Shown in pieces: positions 57,438-64,000 of a DNA stretch of 64,000 bases (within the stretch, counting starts at the first letter, position 1; every line of letters begins with the position of its first letter). The stretch is from Candidatus Carthagonibacter metallireducens (GTDB lineage Bacteria > Gemmatimonadota > Gemmatimonadetes > Palauibacterales > Palauibacteraceae). The notes below the pieces were generated by a model that did not search any database, was not told the origin of the DNA, and saw only the letters and a list, made by a program, of their open reading frames with translations. The stretch spans positions 1,937 to 65,936 of the forward strand of contig JAMJQQ010000094.1 of the NCBI GenBank assembly GCA_023554445.1, written 5' to 3'. Both the position numbers and the translations under genes were made by a program.

Positions 57438-58714
57438 ACGCCGTACGGACCGGCGTCCGATGGCCGATTCTCCTGGCTGCCGGAGTGTCGTTGGTCGCAA
57501 TTGGCTGCACGGAGCGAGCGGTTCTCGAAGTTGATTCGGAGACGGCGCCCGGTCAGTCCACTCCTACCACCGAGATCGAGATCCCGGTTCAGGGTATGAT
57601 CTCGTGGCGCGACACCACCTACACGGGATACGTCGTTCCCCTGACGTCTCCCTATCGAGTGGTGAACGATTCCGCCGACGTGACCAGCAGGCTGCTGGCC
57701 CGATTCGAGACGATTCCAGATTCCATCGACGTCGGTACGATCCAGCAGCCGATCGAAGCGTATTCCAGCGGCCGGTTCCGGCTGCTGGTCGATACCGCCA
57801 CCAGCGTGATTCCCGAGGCGGGTCTCGAACTGGAAGTGTTCGCTCTGACCCGGGCATATGAAGAGCGCGACGCCACGTGGTCGCTGGCAGCGCTGGACGA
57901 GCCCTGGACGGAGCCCGGCGGAGACCTGGGCGAGCGAATCGGAGCTCTCCGGATCGACGCTCCCTTCGATTCCACCACCTCGGACACACTCTTCGTTCCG
58001 TTCGAGGTAAGCACGGACAGCGTTCTGTCGAACTGGGCATCGAGCGACGGCGAGCCGGGACTCGCGATCCGGGCGGTAGGCGCGGGTTCGTCGGTGGACG
58101 TTCGCGCCCTGGCCGTGACCTTCGAGGTCAAGCCGGTCGGGCAGGACTCACTGGTCCCCGCTGCTCGCTCCCCCGCGGGATACACCGTGATTTTCGATCC
58201 GGAAACACCGCCGCCGGGCCAGGAGTCCCGGATCGGTGGCCTGCCATCGTCACGTATCTACCTGGATTTCGAGCTGCCCGAGACCTGGGAAGGCCTTCAG
58301 CTGAAGGGCTCGACGATCAATGCCGCGTCACTGATCTTCCGGCCCGTCGCTCCGCCGCCGGTCCCCTTCCGACTCGAAGACCCGCTGGAAGTGATTTCGT
58401 ACCAGTTGCTGGCAGATCCATTCGAGGTCGGGCCGAAGACACCCATCGGCGGCGTGCTCGGACCACCCGACTTGCTCGACCCGGAGGATCTCACGGAGGA
58501 TGACGCGGAGCTGCAGCTCAGCATAACGCCGCTGGTACTGATCTGGTCCTTCGCACCCGCGGACTCACTGGACGTGCTGAGGATCGGGGTGCAGGCCAGC
58601 CCGGAAGGCCGCAGCCTCGGCTTCTGGGAATTCGGCTCGGCCGAGGATGTGACGTCACTGCAGCCATCGGTGCGCATGCTCGTCACCCCGCGCGTACCCT
58701 TCCGTCTGCCATGA
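57434..58714 (+). CDS. Hypothetical lipoprotein (426 aa), translationally coupled to a beta-barrel gene
   Basis: Signal peptide with lipobox LVAIGC|T. Acidic, Pro-rich. I recognise no enzymatic motif. Start overlaps the cdd stop by 4 nt. Confidence 0.5.
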   Translation: MNAVRTGVRWPILLAAGVSLVAIGCTERAVLEVDSETAPGQSTPTTEIEIPVQGMISWRDTTYTGYVVPLTSPYRVVNDSADVTSRLLARFETIPDSIDVGTIQQPIEAYSSGRFRLLVDTATSVIPEAGLELEVFALTRAYEERDATWSLAALDEPWTEPGGDLGERIGALRIDAPFDSTTSDTLFVPFEVSTDSVLSNWASSDGEPGLAIRAVGAGSSVDVRALAVTFEVKPVGQDSLVPAARSPAGYTVIFDPETPPPGQESRIGGLPSSRIYLDFELPETWEGLQLKGSTINAASLIFRPVAPPPVPFRLEDPLEVISYQLLADPFEVGPKTPIGGVLGPPDLLDPEDLTEDDAELQLSITPLVLIWSFAPADSLDVLRIGVQASPEGRSLGFWEFGSAEDVTSLQPSVRMLVTPRVPFRLP

Positions 58715-59874
58715 ACAGGCTGAAGCTGGTCGCCGCTCTTCTCGTTGGCTCGGCCTCGACGCTGGCGGCTCAGGCCCCGGTCACGAGTCTGGGTCTCGGC
58801 TATCCCGTGGCGCCCCTCGACGCGCGAGCGGCAGCCCTGGGCGGCACCGGGCTCGGCCTGATCGGCGGGACGCTTTCCGGACGGAATCCGGCGGACATGC
58901 GGGGATTCGCCCGACCGACGCTGGGCATCACCTACGCGCCGGAGGCGGTCGATGTGAAGTCGCCGGGTGAGTCCCAGACCACCGGCCGAAGCCGTCTCGC
59001 GATCGTCCAGGCCGTGGTTCCGCTGCGAGAGTGGACCGTCGGTCTCTCGTTCACGGCGGGACTCGATCAGGACTGGAGCGTGTCGCTACGGGATACGCTC
59101 CAGAGTTCGTTCGGCGATTTTCCGTTCGACGAGCGACGCGAGCACGACGGGGGCGTGAGCATGGTGACCCTCGGATTGGCCAGACAGATCGGCGACTTCA
59201 GCGTGGGCATCGACGGTTCACTTCTGACGGGAAGCCTGCGTCAGACCTTCTTCCGGCGCTTCGAGGTCGCCGTCGATGATCCGGGACGCGGAGTCGGGTC
59301 CGCCAGCGGTGAGGCGCGCTTCAGCTGGTCCGGCTTCCGAGCGCGTGGCGGAATCGCAACGGCGATCGGAACGCGCGTCCGGCTGTCGGGACAGATCGGC
59401 ATCAGCACCGATCTGAAGGCGACGCGCGACAGCGCCGGTGATGCCGCGACTTACGAGTTCGACATGCCGCTGGAGTGGTCCGTGGGAGGCAGCGCGAGAC
59501 TCGCCGAGAATCTGCTTGCCTCGGCGGCCGTCGGATACGCGGATTGGTCCGCCACGGCGGACGCTCTCGAAGGAGGGGCTGCGTCCGACGTGCTATGGTT
59601 CGGGGCGGGGCTGGAGTACGTCGGATTCGAGGTGTTCGGTGCGAAGATGCCGCTGCGGGCCGGATTCCGGCGATCGGACCTGCCGTTCTACCTGCCCGGG
59701 GAGGCCCAGCTCTCCGAGACCGCAGGTACCTTCGGGATCGGGCTCGAAGTGGGAGGCGGAAGGGCCGCATTCGATCTGGGTGTGGAGATCGGCACGCGCG
59801 GAGACCTCGAATCGAGCAGCGTCGAAGAGGGCTTTCGCCGGCTGTCACTCTCGATGGCACTTCTGCAGTTCTGA
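58711..59874 (+). CDS. Putative outer-membrane beta-barrel protein (387 aa)
   Basis: Signal peptide (LVAALLVGSASTLAAQA). Alternating amphipathic beta-strand pattern rich in Gly and aromatics. C-terminal …ALLQF with a terminal Phe (OMP signature). Overlaps the upstream lipoprotein gene by 4 nt. Confidence 0.5.
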   Translation: MNRLKLVAALLVGSASTLAAQAPVTSLGLGYPVAPLDARAAALGGTGLGLIGGTLSGRNPADMRGFARPTLGITYAPEAVDVKSPGESQTTGRSRLAIVQAVVPLREWTVGLSFTAGLDQDWSVSLRDTLQSSFGDFPFDERREHDGGVSMVTLGLARQIGDFSVGIDGSLLTGSLRQTFFRRFEVAVDDPGRGVGSASGEARFSWSGFRARGGIATAIGTRVRLSGQIGISTDLKATRDSAGDAATYEFDMPLEWSVGGSARLAENLLASAAVGYADWSATADALEGGAASDVLWFGAGLEYVGFEVFGAKMPLRAGFRRSDLPFYLPGEAQLSETAGTFGIGLEVGGGRAAFDLGVEIGTRGDLESSSVEEGFRRLSLSMALLQF

Positions 59875-59905
59875 CCGGCGCCAGGTCCGAGTACCGACAC
59901 CGGGT

Positions 59906-60655
59906 CTAGTTGAGGACCCGGGCGTCTTTCCCGAGGGCCGCAAGCACTTCCCGCTCGACGAGATCCGGGTGTGTGACCGGCCAGTCGTGACCGCGTGAAA
60001 CGTACCGGGTCTCGATGTCCCCTCTCCCCGAACGCGCCAGATACGCGTCGTACTCCCGCTGCAGATACAGCCGGTCTCGCCGGGCCAGCACCAGTACCGA
60101 CCGGGGGGCCGTGGGAAGCAGGTCATCGGGAATCCCGCCGAGGGTCTCGGACACGGCAGGAAACAGACACCGGGGTCTCGCAGCGGCGGTCCGAACGTAT
60201 TCGCCGAAGATGTGGAACGCCCAGCCGATTCCCCTTCGGCCCTCAAGTCCTGCGTACTCTCGTACCTGGAGCAGCGCGGCGCGCCCGATCTTCCGCGGCC
60301 AGCCTGCATTGATGGGAACCATGGGTGCGAGCGCCACGGCGGGCCGGTCCCCGAGCAAGGCCAGCAGCCCTCCGAATGAATGTCCGGTGCGCGGAGCTTC
60401 CGGCGCGTATCGGGTGGCGAAGCGTATGACGAAGGACCGGTAAGCAGCTACCTCGTCAGGCAGATCCTTGTTGGTTCGAAAAGAGAGATCCGGCATGAAT
60501 ACCGTGAAGTGTCGGGAGAGCAGCCGCATACCGGGGCGATAGTTGCGCGGATGAACCCCATACCCGGGAAGATACAGCAGGGGTCGATCAGGACCCTCGT
60601 GAATCTCCACGGGCACCCGCAGCCCGTCGAATGAGAACGAGTCGAAGTGCGCCAC
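59906..60655 (-). CDS. Alpha/beta-fold hydrolase
   Basis: Nucleophile elbow GHSFGG. 249 aa. Convergent with the beta-barrel gene. Confidence 0.65.
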   Translation of the reverse strand: MAHFDSFSFDGLRVPVEIHEGPDRPLLYLPGYGVHPRNYRPGMRLLSRHFTVFMPDLSFRTNKDLPDEVAAYRSFVIRFATRYAPEAPRTGHSFGGLLALLGDRPAVALAPMVPINAGWPRKIGRAALLQVREYAGLEGRRGIGWAFHIFGEYVRTAAARPRCLFPAVSETLGGIPDDLLPTAPRSVLVLARRDRLYLQREYDAYLARSGRGDIETRYVSRGHDWPVTHPDLVEREVLAALGKDARVLN

Positions 60656-60800
60656 CGGCGCATGCTACCCGGTACACCGGCTCCGGGCAAAGGCCCACCA
60701 GGGGCGCACCGAAGATGCACAGAAGCCGGATCGGAGCCGCGCACGGTGGACCCGAAGGCCTTTCCGGCGATAACTTCGGGCGCCCGAAGTTGCGATTTCG

Positions 60801-62231
60801 ATGAGGATCGAACCCAGACATGATCTGTTGCCAGCTATGAGCTCTCCCATCGTGACTCTGCGTCGTCCGCAGGACCGGGGAACCGAGTCGGCCCCGGCGA
60901 AAGCGCCGGTCCCGCTGACGCGGCGAGCATACATCGAGACCTACGGGTGCCAGATGAACATCGGCGATTCGGAGTTGCTCGCCGGAGCGCTGGCGGACCG
61001 CGGATATCTCCAGGTGTCGGCTCCGGAGCTCGCCGACGTGATCGTGGTGAATACGTGCGCCATCCGCGAGCATGCGGAGCAGCGGGTCCTGGGCCGCATT
61101 GGACAGCTGCAGCAGGCTCGCAGGAGCAGGCCCGACATCGTGCTCGCCGTGACCGGCTGCATGGCACAGCGAATGGGAAGCGATCTGCTCGAGAAGACGT
61201 CGGGAGTGGACCTGGTGGCCGGCCCTGATTCGTATCGGCGGATCGCAGACCTGGTCGACGGGATCCGTGAAGGTGGAATCGAGCGAGGACAGCTTCTTCT
61301 GGAGCTCGATGAGGAAGAAAACTACGAGGGCATACCTTCGATACGCGGCAAGGGAACCGGCGCTTGGGTGACCGTACAGCGCGGCTGCGACCATCGCTGC
61401 ACCTTCTGCATCGTGCCGTACGTGCGGGGACCGGAGAAGAACCGGAGTCCGGAGGAGGTACTCGCGGAGGTACGGGCAGCGGTCGGTGCCGGCTACTCCG
61501 AAATCACGCTGCTGGGACAGACGGTCAACTCCTATCGGCACGGCGACGTGAGATTCTCGGAACTTCTCGAGGAAGTCGCACGCGTGGCCGGGGTTCGCCG
61601 GGTGAGATTCACTTCACCCCATCCGAACGACGTCGACGACGCGCTCCTCGATGTGATGGCGGCAGAGCCGGCCGTCTGCTCCCAACTGCACTTACCCGTG
61701 CAGTCGGGCTCGAATCGCGTGCTACGACGAATGGTCCGGCGATACACACGCGAGGAATTTCTGGAAATCGTCGAACGCGTCCGAAGTCGTGTCCCCGGCA
61801 TCGCACTGAGCACAGACGTGATCGTCGGATTCCCGGGCGAGACGGAAGTCGATTTCGAGGCGACCCTGGATCTGATGCGCCGTGTCCGCTTCGACGACGC
61901 GTACCTGTACCGCTACTCCGCCCGGGAGGGCACTCCAGCCACCCGTCTCCCGGCCGGAGACTTCCTCGATGAGGAGATCTCCGGACGGCGGCTGTCCGCG
62001 CTCATCGCCCTTCAGCGTGAAATCCAGCGCGAGATCCACGAGTCTGAGATCGGATCGGTGGTCGAGGTCCTGGTGGAACGCGAGGCCCGGACCGAAGGGG
62101 ACCTGCTCGGTCGCACGGAAGCGAACAAGGTGGTGGTGTTTCCTGCCGGTCGCGTGCGAATCGGAGCGTTCGTCGAGGTCCGGCTCCGCTCCACGACGGG
62201 TGCGACGTTCCTGGGGACGGTTGTCCGTTGA
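60801..62231 (+). CDS. miaB: tRNA-2-methylthio-N6-dimethylallyladenosine synthase (radical SAM methylthiotransferase)
   Basis: MTTase N-terminal YIETYGCQMN, radical-SAM CxxxCxxC (CDHRCTFC), TRAM domain. Start at 60801 or the ATG at 60837. Confidence 0.9.
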   Translation: MRIEPRHDLLPAMSSPIVTLRRPQDRGTESAPAKAPVPLTRRAYIETYGCQMNIGDSELLAGALADRGYLQVSAPELADVIVVNTCAIREHAEQRVLGRIGQLQQARRSRPDIVLAVTGCMAQRMGSDLLEKTSGVDLVAGPDSYRRIADLVDGIREGGIERGQLLLELDEEENYEGIPSIRGKGTGAWVTVQRGCDHRCTFCIVPYVRGPEKNRSPEEVLAEVRAAVGAGYSEITLLGQTVNSYRHGDVRFSELLEEVARVAGVRRVRFTSPHPNDVDDALLDVMAAEPAVCSQLHLPVQSGSNRVLRRMVRRYTREEFLEIVERVRSRVPGIALSTDVIVGFPGETEVDFEATLDLMRRVRFDDAYLYRYSAREGTPATRLPAGDFLDEEISGRRLSALIALQREIQREIHESEIGSVVEVLVEREARTEGDLLGRTEANKVVVFPAGRVRIGAFVEVRLRSTTGATFLGTVVR

Positions 62232-62521
62232 ACGGCTTGATCGGCCGGGTCGCGATCGTGTTGGGATGCGCCGTGCTGGCCTCGCTGTTCACCTGGCTCA
62301 ACGCCGGGGAGGCGGTCACGGTCCGACTCGGTTTCGTGACGTTCCGGTCGGTCTCATTGCCGGCAGTAGTCTTCGGTTCGATCCTGTTTGGAATGGGCCT
62401 GCTCTTCTTCACCGGCTTGCGGGCCGATCTGAGGACGCGCCGGATGCTCGAGCGCTATCGTGAGGCGCTTGGGAAGTCATCCGAGATCCCGAACCCGGAG
62501 GATCCGACCGGCCCCCACTGA
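62228..62521 (+). CDS. Small membrane protein, LapA/DUF1049-like (two transmembrane segments plus a basic tail)
   Basis: TTG start overlapping the miaB stop by 4 nt. Two hydrophobic helices, then RRMLERYREAL. Confidence 0.45.
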   Translation: MNGLIGRVAIVLGCAVLASLFTWLNAGEAVTVRLGFVTFRSVSLPAVVFGSILFGMGLLFFTGLRADLRTRRMLERYREALGKSSEIPNPEDPTGPH

Positions 62522-62564
62522 GCACGTTCCGCGAGACGAGCCGAGAGCCGGTTCGGCTCCCGAA

Positions 62565-64000
62565 GTGATCCGACCGGCAGCGCCGGTTCTCCTGACTGCC
62601 CTGGTGCTTTCCGCAGGAATCACCCAGGGTCTCTATCGGCCGGTTGGACCCTCTCTGTCGGCACTCCTTCTGACGGGTCTGCTCCTGACGGCCCTCGCGA
62701 TGTCCTGCTTGCCTCGTGAGAACCGTGGTCCGAGGGCCCGAACCTCTTCCGTGCTGTTTCTGGCCATTACCCTCGCATGTGGATCCATTCTGGGGTCGAA
62801 TGCCGGGAGGGGCATCCGTCACGGCTGCGAGGCCAGTCTCGCTTCGGGGACGCCGCTCGAGGTTCAGGGCGCGCTGACCGAGGAAGTATCAGCGACTCGT
62901 GGATCGCATCCGCCAGGGGGGTACCGCCGGATCAGTCTCGAGCGGGTCCTGGTGTCAGCGGATCGGGGTCGGTGCGAGCTCCGCCGCCTTACAGCATTCC
63001 TCGACCGGGACCCCGGTAGCTTGCGATCGGGGGAGAATCTACGGCTGTCGGGCGAGTGGCTTCGACTTCGGACTACGGATCCGCTCGGCCAGAGCCTCGA
63101 CCTGCCAGGTCGCACAGGGATCCTCGTGGGTGCCGAGGTCATGAATGCATCCCGGCGGCGGGCATCCGCGGCCGGTGCGGCCGGAGCGGCTTCCGGGCGA
63201 TTGCCTCTCTATGCGCGACTCCGGGGCACGCTCCGAGCCGGGGCAGCCCGACGTCTGCGAGACCGGCTGCCCGGATCGGTCGATCCGACTGCCCGAGCGC
63301 TGCTGCTGGCTGAGCGGAACGACCTTTCCCCGATCCTGCGGGGGGACTTCGTGAACGCCGGGCTGGCGCACCTGCTCGCCATATCGGGGCTTCACGTAGG
63401 CATCGTCTCGGGTCTCCTGTTCGCCCTGGTATCGGCAGTCGTAAGGGGACGGGCCCGTTACCCGGCGGTTGCGACTGCCGTCGGCTGCTACGTCATCCTG
63501 CTCGGCGCCCCTGTGCCCGCGTTCCGAGCCTTTCTGCTGTTCACCGGCTGGGCGATCGCCAGATGGCGAGGGCGCCCACTGCGCGGCGCCGATCTGCTGG
63601 GTGGTGCCGCGATCGTATTCCTCGTCTCGGACCCTGTGTCCCTGGCTACTCCCGGTCTCCAGCTGTCCTTCGCCGGATTCGCCGGGGTATCCCTCGGCCT
63701 CGCTTCGGCACGGGGCCTCGGCACGGCAGCCAAGGCTCCAACGCGCGGTCTGCAGCGCCTCGTGATCCGCTCGGGCAGCAATCTGTGCAGGGCACTGGCA
63801 GCCAGCGCCGGGGCCTTTCTTGCGACCGCTCCGATTGCCGCCTGGCACTTCGGCCGCGTGGCGCCCATTTCGATCGTGGCGAGCCTGGCGGGCACACCTG
63901 TCGTGGCCCTTTCGATCTGGAGTCTCGCCGGAACCCTGCTTCCGGGTCCGCTGGGGAATCCATTCGCTGCTGCCGCCGCTTTGCTGCTGTCCCTGCTCCA
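62565..64000 (+). CDS. comEC: ComEC/Rec2-family DNA internalisation channel protein; 3' end truncated by the window edge
   Basis: Frame 0 is open from 62370 to the window end and is not in the ORF track because it has no stop. It contains ComEC hallmarks (…LAERNDLSPILRGDFVNAGLAHLLAISGLHVGIV…) preceded by a DUF4131-like N-terminus. GTG at 62565 is a tentative start. Confidence 0.75.
   Translation, partial: MIRPAAPVLLTALVLSAGITQGLYRPVGPSLSALLLTGLLLTALAMSCLPRENRGPRARTSSVLFLAITLACGSILGSNAGRGIRHGCEASLASGTPLEVQGALTEEVSATRGSHPPGGYRRISLERVLVSADRGRCELRRLTAFLDRDPGSLRSGENLRLSGEWLRLRTTDPLGQSLDLPGRTGILVGAEVMNASRRRASAAGAAGAASGRLPLYARLRGTLRAGAARRLRDRLPGSVDPTARALLLAERNDLSPILRGDFVNAGLAHLLAISGLHVGIVSGLLFALVSAVVRGRARYPAVATAVGCYVILLGAPVPAFRAFLLFTGWAIARWRGRPLRGADLLGGAAIVFLVSDPVSLATPGLQLSFAGFAGVSLGLASARGLGTAAKAPTRGLQRLVIRSGSNLCRALAASAGAFLATAPIAAWHFGRVAPISIVASLAGTPVVALSIWSLAGTLLPGPLGNPFAAAAALLLSLL

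Noticed and set aside
59900-59921. Inverted repeat ccgggtc-tagttgag-gacccgg between the convergent beta-barrel and hydrolase genes; possible bidirectional terminator.
   Set aside because: No U-run on either strand, and it overlaps the hydrolase stop codon. Too weak to call.
62777-63354. Several short plus-strand ORFs in the track (62777..63019, 62899..63144, 63056..63313, 63145..63354).
   Set aside because: All lie in frames overlapped by the comEC reading frame, which carries strong ComEC motifs and is missing from the track only because it has no stop within the window.
1-64000. Searched for CRISPR repeats, IS inverted repeats, integrase or transposase motifs, phage genes and rRNA.
   Set aside because: None seen. 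Every interval over 150 nt is accounted for by a housekeeping gene or a short regulatory region. The window looks like core chromosome, not an accessory island.

Overview
This 64 kb window is a visibly GC-rich, densely packed stretch of core bacterial chromosome. Genes sit 0-100 bp apart and many overlap by 1-4 nt. I see no IS element, integrase, phage gene, CRISPR array or rRNA.

In order along the window:
- comM 3' end, then a minus-strand QueD-like PTPS / pabB / pabA operon.
- thpR, lepB and a compact sigma-70-family sigma factor.
- rplM-rpsI-rpsB-tsf-pyrH-frr, then tilS-hpt-ftsH-folP-cdaA.
- An exbB-exbD-exbD-tonB energy-transduction cluster.
- yggS-divIVA-ileS, a DksA/TraR-like gene, lspA and rluD.
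- One tRNA-Val and a TPR protein.
- A nearly complete dcw cluster (mraZ-rsmH-ftsL-ftsI-murE-murF-mraY-murD-ftsW-murG-murC-murB-ftsQ-ftsA-ftsZ, with no ddl), followed by an M23 peptidase and a vWA-type membrane protein.
- ftsY, recG, asnS, mazG (minus strand), alr, cdd, a coupled lipoprotein/beta-barrel pair, an alpha/beta hydrolase (minus strand), miaB, a small membrane protein and the start of comEC.

The gene content mixes diderm traits (TonB/ExbBD, a beta-barrel with a C-terminal Phe) with features more usual in Gram-positives (DivIVA, CdaA, a PASTA-bearing FtsI, yggS-divIVA-ileS-lspA-rluD synteny). That would fit a deep-branching diderm such as Gemmatimonadota, but I cannot assert the taxon from sequence alone.

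The many long minus-strand ORFs in the provided ORF track are almost all GC-driven antisense artefacts lying opposite well-supported genes.

The least explained parts of the window are the coupled lipoprotein/beta-barrel pair at 57.4-59.9 kb, the HExxH lipoprotein coupled to rluD, the vWA membrane protein between ftsZ and ftsY, and the PTPS-pabBA linkage. Regulatory signals I can see directly are a near-consensus Pmra promoter with four phased TGGG (MraZ-box) repeats, several rho-independent terminators, and a promoter-plus-hairpin leader ahead of rplM.
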